Assembly: GCA_030141605.1 (NCBI GenBank)
Contig: JAQGDQ010000011.1
Coordinates: 988,066-1,052,065, forward strand
DNA: 64,000 nt
Origin: Tubiluchus corallicola
Taxonomy: Eukaryota > Animalia > Priapulida
Reading direction: 5' to 3'
Shown: positions 1-14,193 of the stretch, in pieces
Layout: the number at the start of each line of letters is the position of its first letter
Numbering within the stretch: position 1 is the first letter of the stretch
Made by a program: the position numbers and the translations under genes
The notes under the pieces: model-generated
What the model was told of the DNA's origin: nothing
Databases searched by the model: none
Seen by the model: only the letters and a program-made list of their open reading frames with translations

Positions 1-272
1 AGCAATGCGAGAAATCTTTATTGCACACATGAGACACAAAGTGTTTTTTGCTATTGCTTTTTCATAGATTACGTCTCTTGTAGGATTTTTTGCTGGATTA
101 CTGTTTTATTTACCTGTCTGAAGGGCAGATTTCTTTTATTTTAGAATTCTGCTTGTCCAATATGTCTACAACAGACGTGATTGGCTTATGGTTATGATGA
201 TGATGATGATTGTAGGTGTAATCGCCGCAGACTATACTGAACACGGAGACATTTGTTACTACTAGACGTACT

Positions 273-770
273 TTAAAGAGGAATAAAATGGAATTTTAAA
301 GTATGTATCAAAAAACTTTCAGTACAAAGTTATATTACTTAGCGTTACACTTAGCTATTTGAATTATCTATGTAGTTGGAAAAGAAAATTCTTAGTAATG
401 TAAAATATTCGCGCCACCTGGTAAAGCGGCAGTGCAACAACATCCCAGTGTGCACCACTGATTCACCAAAATACGTTATTGATCTTATTGAGAATATAAA
501 GTAATTTAAATTTTTGCTTAGTTAACGAAGAGCGTGCTACGAATGCTTTGATTATTTTTCCAAACTTTACACACTAAACTTACCGCAAACGCCTTACCGT
601 TAAAATGGCTGCGCCTAATGGTCATCGCGTGAGTTTAAATTTATACAGAGTTGCTTTTGCTAGCTCAGGCCCTATATGCAATAAGTCGTTATGTAAGTGA
701 TATAAAATTTTAAGATGAATTTTTTAAGCTTTAGTGAGGAGTGTTTTCTTGTGCATTAAATAAACGTAAC
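273..770. repeat. Interspersed repeat (probable non-autonomous DNA transposon relic), copy 1
   Basis: Diverged second copy at ~60300-60740 (shared CATCCCAGTGTGCACC.CTGA.TCACCAAAA and GTGCTACGAATGCT.TGATTA.TTTT). Boundaries approximate. Confidence 0.6.
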
Positions 771-1369
771 TAGCTTGATTAATTAGTAGTTAACGAGCCT
801 ATAATTGTAACGAGACAGTAAAAAAACGGTGAAGGGTAGCAATTCAGCATTTATGAAAACTTATGTTGATCCACGGAAAGCTGCTACTGCTTGCTAAAGC
901 GCTACAAAAACCAATCCTTTAATAGCGCCCTCTCTTTTCTTTTACAAAAGTCATTCAAACCATGTATAATGCAACTGGGTGAATGTTACATATTACTAAT
1001 TCAAAATGGTACTTTATAAACGACAATGTTGTTATTGTACTTAACATTAGGCAGATTATAGCTACCCGGTAGTAGGTTGTTACTATCGGGAAATGGAAGT
1101 GTTTGTCGCTGCCTGTAGCGCACGGATGTAATACGGCACTGAAAATAGCCTTATAATTTCAAACAGGGAAAGTACTGTTCGTCAAACACCCAAAATTATT
1201 TTGCTCTGATAGTTAAGTGTGCAAGACACGTGCTTGATTTGTAGTATCATCAAACAATATTGGTTACTTGCTTATGGTAATTTGCTTTCAAATACGTTAA
1301 TTATTTACAAAGAGTACTTGAAAAAACATGTTTAGATTGTAGGTACGCAAACTGCTATGTCATTTGCCC

Positions 1370-1630
1370 ATGGGTTGATTGGTTGGTAAATTGATCGATC
1401 GGTTGGTATGGTTGGTTAGTTGGTTGGTTGGTTCGCTGGTTGGTTGATTGGTTAGTTGGTTAGTTGGTTGGTTTGTTTGTTGGTTGGTTGGTTAATTTGT
1501 CGGCTGGTTAGTTATTTAGCTGATTTGCTGGTCGGTTGATCAATCAAATGGTCAGTCAGTCGGTCAGTTGGTTAGTCATCGATTAGTCAGTTAACCCAGT
1601 TAGTTAGCCTAGTTATTTTATTTGCTTAGT
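1370..1630. repeat. Degenerate (GGTT/AGTT)n tetranucleotide microsatellite
   Basis: Visible GGTT/AGTT/AGTC runs. Confidence 0.85.
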
Positions 1631-2540
1631 TGCATGTCTACCAGTTGGCCTGTTTTCTTTACTGTTTGCCTTTCCTGTTAACTGGCTTCTCCAGCCGTTT
1701 GTCTGTCTCTCTGTTTATCATTTATAATTTGCAGATTTGTGATTCTAGGTAATTAGACATCACTTTCACCTGTTTATAATTCTACTATCTTTTAGTTCAC
1801 CCTGCAGAATAAGGATTATTCATCTCGACATTTACGATGGACATCTGAAGAGCTACACCCGTACATACATCAAGGAAGTACAATAATTATAAAAAAATTC
1901 TTCTGTCTTTAAATAAAAGCTAATGTTACTAACTAAATATATGAGAATAACCGCTTAACCGACTAAGTCATATCTTGAATACAACTTCAAATCTCACAGT
2001 GTAAAGAGAAAAACAGATCCTGTCTACCTGCGCATGCGCGTCGACTAAAGCCTAGACATTAGTCATTTTCAATCTATGCAAGAAAAAAACGAATTCTTTA
2101 ACAAAATCAGAAGCCAGTAATAATTAAATATAAAGCTAAACAATTAAACGGGCATTTAATTAGGTGATAATAAGGAAAACCTTTAAATATCACCTAATTA
2201 AATGAAAGGATCGAATCTTGAGGTATAACTCAAAACAAACTTTTCCATAAAATATTGAAAAGAAGCATGCTGTAATATCTTTTCATGAGTGACTTATGTG
2301 AAAAAATTATTACCCTAGAAACGTAATTCTTAGTTAGATGGACACTACCGTCTGAATCTCAGAAAGCGTTGCACAAAAAACGGGTGCCGTACCTGTCAGT
2401 TCAGAGGTGTTCAGCTTTGACATAACGCACGTGTTTGAGAGTTCATGCGTGAACACGTTGGTAAACTTGAAAATTAAATTTTTAAACTTAAAAGCTTTTG
2501 CATATCACAGCGAATGTTGTAAATAGTACTGTACTTATAT

Positions 2541-2783
2541 TTTCGCTTTCGCAAACACATGCAACATGGTCATGAAATGTTCGCGTTGTTGAAAGTTATG
2601 TTCAGTTGTGATGTCATCACTAGTTGGGCCGCCCGCCATTAGGTAAGTTTTTAACCAATCGTTTAATTAGCAGAAACAGAATGGCATTATCATTATTATA
2701 GGTGTTATATTGCATACTTTTTTCTGCATACATGCATTACTTCAAAATGGGATAGGATATGAAAAATCATCCTGTTTTTCTTT
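2541..2783. repeat. Interspersed repeat, copy 1 (copy 2 at ~25224-25449)
   Basis: Shared TTCGCTTTCGCAAAC...TTATGTTCA.TTGTGATGTCATC...CTTCAAAATGG...ATATGAAAAATCATCCTGTTT. Confidence 0.75.
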
Positions 2784-2929
2784 ACTAAAAGTAATAGTAG
2801 ATATTCACCAATTTTCAACAAATTCAGTAAAACCCAAACATAACATAAATTGACACGAAAATTTTCACTTTGTTTTTTTACTTAGTATATACAATAAATT
2901 TGTAATCATGTTTAACGTTATAATTAATT

Positions 2930-3400
2930 ATGAAAAAATTAAGTTTATTACTGTGAAATCAAAAACTATGAAATATATGCCATTAGGAAAAATCTCTTGT
3001 AATGAACTTCAATTAAATTCGGTAACCAATGAGAAATATTTAGGACACATTGTCACAGATTGTGGCATTGATGATAAGTCAGTAAGGTCATCAAGCGGCA
3101 AAAATGTTTGTTAGCAGGAAGAGCAAATATGATTATTAGTAACTTTGGAAAATGATATAGAGAAATTAAAATTTTACTTTTCAAACCTGTTGCACTTCTA
3201 TCTACGGAATATCCAAATAGAGAAATTTCTTTCTCCATAATTACAGGAATCTTAAACTTACTTATAATATTCTCACTTCAGTATGACTGCAGTGCTATAC
3301 AAAATGTTTTTAGATTACGACGTTATAGTAATAGTTGATATTATAATTAAACGCTCTATTTGTTAGAAAGCAAAATTCACAAAACTTCTATGCGAAATGA
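2930..3400 (+). mobile_element. Degraded CR1/L2-group LINE reverse transcriptase C-terminal relic
   Basis: EKYLGHIVTD..DD motif typical of the non-LTR RT thumb; frameshifted and stop-ridden. Confidence 0.5.
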
Positions 3401-4530
3401 ATTTTGAAGTCAGATAATTTCAGTCTGAAATATGCATTAGAATGAACTGTATATTTGACATTCATTTAGACGTTTAGTTATAGACAACTGAAACTAGAAC
3501 GCAGGGTTAAAATGAGAGTAAAAATGACACACATCTACTGAATGAATTGTTTTACATCTGTAATTGTTGTATTTTTATTATTTCTTAAAGACTGTAATTT
3601 TAGATGGTTTTTTTGTAAATGAAATTGTAAATGTGCTTGTAATCGTGTGCGTATTTTTATGTAATTTATGACCTAGCTGTTGAAATTAGTAATAATCTAA
3701 TCTAATAAAATTTATCAGGTTGACAATGATTAGTGCCTAGCTGAAACGCATGCGCAAATCAACAGAATGACGCCTGGAATTGTTGACTGAATTTTATTTC
3801 CAAACCAGCCATTTCATACCAGTTATTATTCAATGATTGTTTCAGTTTAAGAAAATTGTGTGCCTAGTTAAACTACCTAGTATGAAAGACTGTGTTTACT
3901 ACTACTAGACGGCCCCACACCATAACTTTCTTCACTTGCTAATTTTCACTCAAAAGGAACTTATTCGTCTGAAGTTGAGATTCTATTAAAGCGATTTCTT
4001 AAAAAATAATTTTTAATGTTTACACTGATACATCATGCTGATAGAGATTCATCAACGCAAGTGTTAATTTCTTCTTTTGCCATACGGCAAGAAGGAATAC
4101 AGCACTCGACAGCATCGACAGCATAAACGGGGTAATCTAATAGCTATACACCTCTGCTCGCTCTGCTTATCCCCTTTTCCTCCCTTACCCCTGTATGCCA
4201 TCTCCCTTACCCGTCCCCAGTATTTTTATAATAGTATTACAGTTGGTCATTTTCCAATTTCAGTTTTTTTATTTTTAGTTATTTCAGTAATTGCTAAAAT
4301 TGATACTGTTCTGGCTGTACTTCGATAATTGTAACTGCAAGTTTGATAAAAACAAAAGTTGAAGCGTGTAAAAAATGAATCGAAAGCGCTCTCAGATACT
4401 CTCAGAATGCCACGAAATGCTGAAAATGTACAATTCATTTGTCGAGTGGGGTAGCCGCCCCTCTGACCTACGGAATATCAGGGGCTGATGATCTCTAAAT
4501 ATTCGCAGAGTGGCGTTAACGGGTGTATAT

Positions 4531-5304
4531 TGCAAGATGATATTGCTGATAAAATTGATAATACTGATTATATTGCATGGATAACAAGAACCAAAGAAGA
4601 AATAGATGATATCAAAATCAAAATAGAAACAAAATTAAAAGAAATGAATCTCATACAAAATAAAGATAAAACAGAAGAGTATCACATAAAAAGGAATGGA
4701 GACTATGCGTGGAGGAAATGAAAAGACAGTCTTCTAGCAACCGATGAAGATATATCAAGAATAAAAATCTTAGCATTAGTAGAATATTCCAAATTAACAA
4801 AAATTTTGAAAGTAAGATCATCTAGAAGCAAAATTAAGAATCTTTGTTACACTTGTGGAAACTGTTTCGCTATAACTCAGAATTATGGACAATCAAGGCA
4901 CAACTCAAATCAGAATTTGAAGCATTTCAAAGAAGAAACTGCAGGAACATTCTAGGAATGAAATGGCCAAAGAAAATATCAAACCAGAATCTGTATAATA
5001 AAGTCAAGGCAGAGGAATGGACAGTTAAAATCAAAAGGTAAAGATTATGATGGATAGGACATGTTATACGACTACCAGATGACAGCCCGTTAAAATTAGC
5101 TTTCAAAAAACACTACAGAAGGAAAAGAAACCGCAAGGAGGTCAGCTGTTGTCTTACACTAATTTCATCCAAAAGGATCTTACAACACACCGTTAGATGT
5201 CAAAAATACAGAAACATGTGAAGTTGCATGTGGCAGGGCAGCGTGGTCTAAAGTTATAGCAAGGATCATGTCAGAGGACGCATGCCAGAAATGAGATGAT
5301 GATG
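4531..5304 (+). mobile_element. 5'-truncated RTE-clade LINE
   Basis: RT/C-terminal motifs (DDIA, NKDKTE, YNSELWT, FQRRNCRNILGMKWPKKISN, WIGHVIR), (GAT)n tail and a 13-bp TSD AACGGGTGTATAT at 4518-4530 and 5305-5317. Confidence 0.85.
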
Positions 5305-8016
5305 AACGGGTGTATATAGTAAGAACCTACTATACAACGCTCTGAAAATGGTTAGCTTTAATCTAATCATCGAAGGGACTAAAAATTCTTGCTTATTCGA
5401 GGCAGAACTGAGTTTCAGTCGTTCCGAAATTATTTAGGATCACCTGTAGCTTTTTAGAGTTTGTTTTCCTGCAGTGTTTACAAACAAAAAACTGAGTTGA
5501 AAAATAAACTAGGTAAAGACTGATGAGTAAAAAATAAAGCAGCGCAAATTTATCCGAAGCTTCACCAGAGGGAGCCACCATACAATCATCTAAGACTGCT
5601 GAAGCAGTATGGTACAAAAGAATATTAAAAAGGGGTTGGATTTAATAACGACCGCTTAAGCTGATAGTCCAGTGTGGCTGATCATCATTATTGTTTTTCA
5701 TACCTTTTCTAGGTACGCAATTGTTTGTGGTGTATTTAGTACCGTAGTCCATATATTTATTGCTGATTATATGCATTTGCAGAGAACTTACATCTAAAGT
5801 CGTCTGTGCAACTACTTATGGTGTAGTATCTTTTATGTACAATATAAATCATACTTGTTCGTTATATGACACTTATGTATAACCGGAATTAGTAATTGCT
5901 TGCGATGAAACCTTACATAGCAGCTAACTCTAAGTGTGCTATAACAACTGTTATTCTAAGTGTAATTTGCAGATTGATTGCACCTGTGTCTCCGAATTTT
6001 TTTGTAACCTTCAAGAAAAATAAAGAAGAAAAACTTGCTGGTTTATTCGCACTTTTAAAACTGCTAAAAACTAATCATGATGCATAAGTGCCTTATAAAT
6101 ATGATAATACATATAATATAGTGCTATTGTTATATCTTATAAGTGAAATATGAAGAGAAACGCATTATCCGAGGAGAATTATAAGAATGGGATTTTTCCA
6201 ACGCTGGGTCCAAAAAATCTGGCACCTCTCAAAATTTTGGCGCCCTAGGCTACAGCCTAGTTAGCCTATTGGAAAATACACTCTTGCCTATAGTGTCAAA
6301 CTCCATGAGACCCGATCTATTTCCCACTGCAATATGTAGGCGAAAAATATTCGACATTGCCTGATTAGTGTAACGAATAAAATAAATATGAAGTTTCTGC
6401 TTTTACAGCAACTGACCATTCGAGCCGAGCTACGCGTGATCAACTCTATAAAATATTACAAGCCGTTTAACTTTTTTAAAGAAAATTGACATATTTTAAA
6501 CATATTTTCTAAATAAAAAATAATTTTTATGTTGAAAGAGTTTTATTTGCGACCTAAATTGCTGCTGTTTAATGTTGGCGGTGATAATTTATGTATACAA
6601 GCCGCTTATTTTTAAATTTTTGTCCTCTTTGTCTTGTAGTGAGAGATCCTTTCATTCTATTCGTAAGCCACGAAATGGGTACTTTGAAAGCCCTATATAA
6701 AGTATACATCGTCACTAATAGATGGCAGCACGATGGTGCATCGTTGTTTAATCACATCAGTGAGTAGAAGCAGGACGGCATAACTGAGATAATGTAAAGG
6801 CTGTTATTGTCGTTTCGTTTATTAGTTTTTAATAATGCTGCTGTTTACGTATTTCAAGGTATTAAATTGTAATCTTAATTAGTCTCGTATGATGGACATT
6901 AGGAACATTTACCTAAGTTATGTCCCATCCGTTTTAAAAACGAACAACACTTGAAAATAGTGAGACAGTCATTTCACCAATAGTGTTGATTTTATTTTAT
7001 AATTTAAAATTTATTTTAACTTTCCTCAGTGTACGTGCATAATCTGATCATAATTATACTGCTCTACCTAATAAATGCTACAGAATGTGCAGCAAAAAGC
7101 CTGTTGACGACGCCTTTTACTTTCATTTGCGTATTTTCCAAACTTTGTTTTTGCCATGCGCTTGAATGCTTGAATTGGCAATAATTTTTAAACCCTCCAT
7201 AAACTCAATAGGTTGGCGGCGATGCTTAAAGATACCCATACAGTCTAGAGCGTCACTTTTTAGTATTTCATCACAAAATTCAGAATAATTCTGGATAAAA
7301 TTAACTGAGTAGTTTATATAATCCATTTTATAACTCGTTATGCACTCAGTTTGTTTTGGACATTTCTCCAAAATTACCATAACATTATTAACACAATGTA
7401 CACAAGCAACATTTCTTTCCGGATCGCCTCTACCCCGCTCCAGAACACCCAATGTCAATTTGAATTCAAAGAAAAATGTACGCTTTTCTACGTAATATTC
7501 CTTTTAAATTTATTATTTATCAAAAATTTTACTCTTTGCCATTTTAATATAATACAAAATTTATATTATCATGCAACGACAAAGGACAATAATTAAGGAA
7601 AACTTCCAAGAAGGAAGAATATTATTTATTATTATTAACAGTAAAAAGCAACTGAGTTACTACAATTCAGAGTTTGAATTCACCCGGTTAATATATTTTA
7701 AACAGAAGAAACAGGTAGCTCTCATTCAGGTCTTGCTATAACGCACTTTTAACAATCTGGCCTTTTAAACCTGAACTGTATCAGTACATCCTGCATACTA
7801 CAAATTCAAGTTCGTTAAAATATTATACGGCTATACCCGTCTGAAATTTTCCAAAAAAAACAAATACTGTAAATACTGTACATCATCATTTTGATTTCTC
7901 GTTCGGGTGCTTAAACATCACTTTCAATCTCAAATTATTTATCATGGTCTTAGAAACATTAAAATAACTTAATTACATCTATGATACATCTACTTAAGCA
8001 CAACTTCTATTAAAAA

Positions 8017-10957
8017 CTATAATGAACGTCCGCTATTAAAACTTCTCCTCCTATCTAGATAGTTTGTCCTTGTGTTACCTCTAATATTATGCCTTGTGTT
8101 TCTATTATTGTCTCTGTTTTGTTTAAACATTTCTTCTTTAAGTGAAATCGCAAATCCACCACCCGTTCCAAACCTTGTTCTTGGTCCTTGGTGGGCAGCA
8201 ATACCGGTACCTACACCTATATTCTTCCCAGTTCCTCCAAACTGCTGTAACTGTGTTGAACCACGTCTTGTACTTGCTTGTACACTTTGCTGTTCTGCAG
8301 GTGTTGATCCATATCCACTTTGTTGCTGTCTACGTGCTGATCCATACCTACTTTGTTGCTGTGTGGATGGCAATCCATACCCACTTTGTTGCTGTGTGGA
8401 TGGCAATCCATAACCACTGTGCAGTTGTGTGGATGATACGCCATGCCCACTTTGTTGCTGTGTGGATGATAGACCATACCCATTTCGTTGCTGTGTGGAT
8501 GGCAATCCATACCCACTTAATTGCTGCGTAGATGGTAATCCATATCCGCTTTCTTGCTGTGTGGATGGCAATCCATACCCACCTTCTTGCTGTGTGGATG
8601 GTAATCCATACCCACTTAATTGCTGCGTAGATGGTAATACATATCCGCCTTCTTGCTGTGTGGATGGCAATCCATACCCACTTTCTTGCTGTGTGGATGG
8701 TAATCCATGTACGCCTTGTTGTTGAGTGGATTGTAATCCATACCCGATTTGTTGCTGCCCTGTATTGTATTGAGACATAGTGTTCCGATGAAGTCCTGTA
8801 GATTGATAAACTGCTTGATTCTGCACTGGAGCTGAACCATATCCTGCCTGGGTCTGGATTCTGTTTGTCAACGTCTTCACAGGGACAGAGTATCCAACTT
8901 CCATTGCAAAAGGTCTGCTTGTCTGCTGTTGTGCAGAACCATACTGATTCTGCTGCTCTGATGCACCGGATCCATAGCCTCTTGAAGACTGCTGGTGCCC
9001 CAAGCTTCTTACTTGTAACATGACTGGCACAGGTCCATAATGTCTCAGTTGTTTCATAAACGACTTTGATATTTCCTGATCATTTAACTGTTGTGTCCCA
9101 GTTGACCCATATGTATTTTGTGCCATTCCATGACCACTAACTTCAGTCTGTGTAGTTCCATGTGCGGGTCCTTGTTGTACTGACACGGGCCCGTATCCAG
9201 TTGGTTGCTGGATCTGTGCATGCTGGTCCACTTGGGCAACTCCATATCCACTTTTTCGCTGATCTTGTGACACTGGCACACGAGAAGTCTGAGTCTGAGA
9301 GGTTCCATATCCACCATTACTACTGAAGGTCGTTTGCGAAATTGAAGGGTTGGTGAACCCAAAGCTAATGAAACTCTTTGAAGACCTCTTCACTGGCGAT
9401 ATTTGATGTTGCACAGCATTGGCGCCATAGCTGCTACCGACGCTCTCACTGATAGCTATGGTTCCTTGTTTGTTGGAAATAGGCTGTGGAGAATGTTTTT
9501 GTTGCTTTGTATTTGATCCATAATCTTGTTGCTGAGTGCTTGATCCATAACCTGAAAGCTGTATCTTACTTGAAGTGTGTCCTTGTAGCTGTGCTTTTAA
9601 CACGTATCCTGGTTGTGGAACATTTGGTCCATAGCCATGTTGCTGAGTACTTGAACTGTAATCTTGTTGCTGAGTATTTTCTTCATAACCTTGTTGCTGA
9701 ATATTTACTCCATGACCTTGCTGCTGCATCTGTGTTCCATAACCTTGTTGCTGAGTATTTAATCCATAACCTTGTTGCTGAGTATTTGGTCCATAACCTT
9801 GTTGCTGAGTATTTGATCCATAATCTTGCAGCTGAGTATTTGATCCATAACCTTGTTGCTGAGTATTTGATCCATAACCTTCTTGCTGAGTATTTGAACC
9901 ATAACCTTGTTGCTGAATATTTGATCCATAATCTTGTTGCTGAGTATTTGATCCATAATCTTGTTGCTGAGTATTTGATCCATAATCTTGCAGCTGAGTA
10001 TTTGATCCATAACCTTGTTGCTGAGTACCTGACCCATAACCTTCTTGCTGAGTATTTGAACCATAACCTTGTTGCTGAATATTTGATCCATAATCTTGCT
10101 GCTGAGGTTTTGACCCGTAACCTTGTTGTTGAGTACTTGACCCGTAATCTTGTTGATCAGTATTTAGTCCATAACCTTGCTTATGAGTAGTTAACCCATA
10201 ACCTTGTTGCTGATTACCTGATCCATAACCTTGCTGATGGGTATTTGATGCATAACCTTGTTGCTGATTACCTGCCCCGTAACCTTGTTGCTGAGTACCT
10301 GTCCCATAATTTTGTTGCAGAGTATCTGACCCATAACCTTGTTGCTGAGAATTTGATTCATAGCTTTGTTGTTGCATCTGCGTTCCAAAATCTTGTTGCT
10401 GAGTACTTGGTCCATAACCTTGTTGCTGAGTACTTGGTCCATATCCTTGCTGCTGAGTACTTGGTCCATAACCTTGTTGCTGAGAACTTGATCCATAACC
10501 TTGTTGCCGAGTACTTGGTCCATAACCTTGTTGCTGGGTACTTGGTCCATAACCTTGTTGCTGGGTACTTGGTCCATAACCTTGTTGCTGGGTACTTGGT
10601 CCATAACCTTGTTGCTGGGTACTTGGTCCATAACCTTGTTGCTGGGTACTTGGTCCATAACCTTGTTGCTGGGTACTTGGTCCATAACCTTGCTGCTGAG
10701 TATCTTGTTGCTGTTGAAACCTGACACCATATGAAGGACGACGTTGACTAGAGAAAATAGATGGAAATCCTCCTGAACTTCTCGGAGGTCTGTTCATCAT
10801 CTGGTCTATAGCCTGTACTATCCCGGCTGCACCAGCGTTTGAATCCATAACCAGACCATTCGTGGAGTACCCGTCTTCGTCATCGCCATAATAAATAATT
10901 GGACGTGAAATATCATAACTGTACAGCGTCCTTGGTTGTTTATAGTTATGTCCCTCT
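8017..10957 (-). CDS. Secreted Gln/Gly/Tyr-rich repetitive structural protein, coding exon 2 (terminal)
   Basis: Acceptor tttttttccag| at 10958; phase-2 join to exon 1 gives ...YGFR-EGHNYKQP...NGLV-MDSNAG, continuous with the 943-aa ORF; 9-aa (GYGPSTQQQ/GYGSNTQQQ) and 10-aa (SGYGLPSTQQ) arrays; stop at 8017. Confidence 0.85.
8290..8760 (-). repeat. Coding 30-bp tandem array (SGYGLPSTQQ)
   Basis: Repeated TGCTGTGTGGATGGCAATCCATACCCACTT units on the + strand. Confidence 0.9.
9530..10700 (-). repeat. Coding 27-bp tandem array (GYGPSTQQQ/GYGSNTQQQ)
   Basis: Repeated CCATAACCTTGTTGCTG(A/G)GTA(C/T)TTG(G/A)T units. Confidence 0.9.
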
Positions 10958-12329
10958 CTGGAAAAAAAGATAAATTTTACTGTTTAGTAACTTATAAAAC
11001 GCATTTCTATATGCAGGAGACGAGAAAATACTCAACAATAAAGAGCTAATACTGATCATCCAGAATAGTTTTTCCGAAATGCTGGTTGAATAAGCTTAAA
11101 TTAAAAACGGTGCTAAAGTAATCTGTAACCAAAACGTAAGCGTTTCGTTCGCAAACGTGAATGAAAAGTAGGTCTAGTTTCCTTGGTAATTGAAGCCTTG
11201 CTCTACATCTTTTATTCAGCAGAATGCAACAGACTCTGCAAATTGACGCTAATTATTTGGCAAGCCTGAATTACTGGACAATACGTCTCCACAACGAAAA
11301 GCAATAATATCCCAAATTTTCTAAGTCAATGTCCCGGTCAAAAACTTGCTGTTTTACAACACAGAAAAACTTAAACAACACAAGGCCTCAGCTGGAGTCT
11401 TCGCAGGGTATTGAGGACTTTTTGCATCGTTGTGCTCTGGTAGGTTATCAACAATGTAGTAATTTAGTAAATGTCGAAAAAAGAGCTTCCACAACCGACA
11501 GGTCAAATTTTAATTTTAACCACTGCGCGTTAAGACATAGGAAATGCAGATTAAACTCTACGATAGCACAGGCAACCCAGACCTTGAAGTATTATTGATG
11601 ATTATTTCCGAACTGCGTTCTTAATCGTGGCAACCTTAATTAGGAAGAAATGTTATCGGCAAATCTGTTTTCAAATTAAGCACGCGGAAGCTATCCGCCA
11701 TCTCAACTCATTTATCTAGGCAAACCCATAGAGCACAAAATAGTCATTATCGCACAATAGGAGGCTTAAAACAGAGATTGTTACACTTGTCATCCCGTCA
11801 ATAATCATGTAAAATTGGACCATTGTTGCTAAGCGCCCCTACGCACAAGTCCAGTCTTGAGTGGTGCCCGCATCTACAACAAGAAGAAGGGGTGCTGAAG
11901 TTGGGTGTAGCATGCTTAAATTAAGACAATAATCATAAGCAAAACTAGTAATATAAAGCATCGATATAGCGAGAAAACTACATGTCACAATTGACTCAGC
12001 AGAAAAGAAGAAAGACGTTCAATTTGAACTGTTAGTTTTACCACCAGGATGATTTTTAAGTGCCCCTCCATTAATTACATGCCATCTTCAAAAGAAACGG
12101 CGTCTGCTAGAAAAACATCACAAACTAGGTGGGGCGTACCTCTGATTTTTAACAATTTTCAGCAAGTTAATCCGACATGAGAATACTGGTCGTCTACATC
12201 CATTTCTTCGTTCACGCGTTACGAATTCTACTGCTCTTCTCGTAGCTAGATTATCCCGCGCCTTTTTGTACTACTTTTTTGAACTACTTTTTTTCTGTAC
12301 AAAAAGAAACAGAGTACAGATCCCTATCT

Positions 12330-12970
12330 TCATCAATTTCTCCAGATCTTTTATGCCGACTCCATTGTAATCTTGATAAGCTTGAGAATTAAAACCTAGT
12401 TCCAGACAGGGTTAGACCTTATCTTTGGTCTAGAAAAAAGTTTAAGTGACTCAGAGGTTAAATGTAGCAATCAGTCCCACTGCCCGGTAAACAGAGCAAA
12501 AATAGTATCAAATTTCAGTGTCATTCAACTGCTTCTAGATATTGATGTGATAAAGAGAGAAAGGGATTTTGAGCGGCTGATGATATTAGATGGCAATTAT
12601 ATCAGTTCCTATTGGAGGACAATGAGAAAACTATTAAATTACTGTAGATCAGCACTTTTGTAATAATAATAATTATAAACTTGAGTTGGTAATTTCATAT
12701 ACTTCAGTAGTCCACTCTCATTGAGTAGTTCTTTCTGACACCCAAATTAAACAAAATTTCTCAACTTAATATCGTAATATTGGGACATTTAAATTCTTGA
12801 ATACCTGACATTGAGCATAAGAACAGAATTAGATCAAGAAAGTATTAAATAGTTTATAAACTTCATAACGATTCTGGTACAAAGAGTTTGAGAAATGGGG
12901 TCATGAAAATTTTGACAAAGACATTGAAGCGGGAAAGAATTAGTGACCGATTGAAGAAGATTATCTCAGC
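12330..12970 (+). mobile_element. Highly degraded RTE-like LINE relic
   Basis: Faint ILGHLN...IEHK motif resembling an RTE C-terminus; many stops; boundaries uncertain. Confidence 0.3.
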
Positions 12971-12999
12971 ATGTATTTTATACTGTTTCATTATCAATT

Positions 13000-13097
13000 G
13001 TCATCATTATTATTACCCTCATCGTCGTCGTCGTCGTCGCCATCATCATCATCATCATCATCATCACCTCATCATTACCGTTACCATCATTATTATC
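13000..13097. repeat. (CAT/CGT)n trinucleotide microsatellite
   Basis: Directly visible. Confidence 0.85.
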
Positions 13098-13599
13098 AAA
13101 GACAGTTATGTAAGCAACCTCGTCTTTCAAATATTTCTTTTTACTGTCTTTTATAGGATGAAATAGGATGGAAAATGCTGGTCCTAACTAATAATAACCT
13201 AACAATTTTTTTTATTAAAATGATGAAAAGATGCAGGTGTGTGAACGCTGCGTGGTTCTCTGTTTATAAAAGGTATTTCCTGACTTAGCTTGACTTTTGT
13301 TGAACTTTAAGCACAAAGCTACTATGAGTGGAATAACATAGTATGCTCCAGTTTATTTAGTCATGAAAATAACACAGAGCAGCACCTCTCTATTTGCAAA
13401 TACATAAGTCAAAGGCGTACGTGATGTATTATAGTTAAAGCTGTTGCCATAAGTGAAATTAATAAACGTGGGAAATTTTATGATTTCGATTGACCAATAA
13501 TTACTAAATCGATGCATTTTAGCATTCTCGTACTATGAGGTTTACGTACTATGAGATTAGAAGTTTGTTATACTAATATTTATTTATTTATTTGGTTAA

Positions 13600-13840
<241 letters not shown>

Positions 13841-14193
13841 TTATATAATTCTTGTTTTTGTTACCGTTGTTGCTATATATAGATAGCGTTAATAAAAAAC
13901 TTGATTTCACGAAGGCTGAAAACCGAATCTACAGAGTCTATCAAACCACAATTAGTATAAATTGGTAATGTGAGACAGCATGTACGATACATGCGGTACT
14001 AGTATATTAAATTTATAAAGAAAATCCTAAATATATCTATAAAATTTGATTCTTAAATAAATTATAAGTATTAATTTTAAGCCAATGAGACCATTGGTTT
14101 AATTTTGTCTGAGAATTTCTTTGAGATGATGCTTTAATGAAAAAAATAATGATTTTATTTTTGTTCATTATGCATTGTGCTAATTTGTCTTAC

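Noticed and set aside
145-1885. Possible small plus-strand exons (NSACPICLQQ at ~145-176; terminal-exon-like segment ~1797-1885 with AATAAA)
   Set aside because: Could not be joined into a consistent reading frame; an upstream gene end cannot be excluded.
7123-7458. 111-aa minus-strand ORF
   Set aside because: No recognisable motif or convincing splice context.
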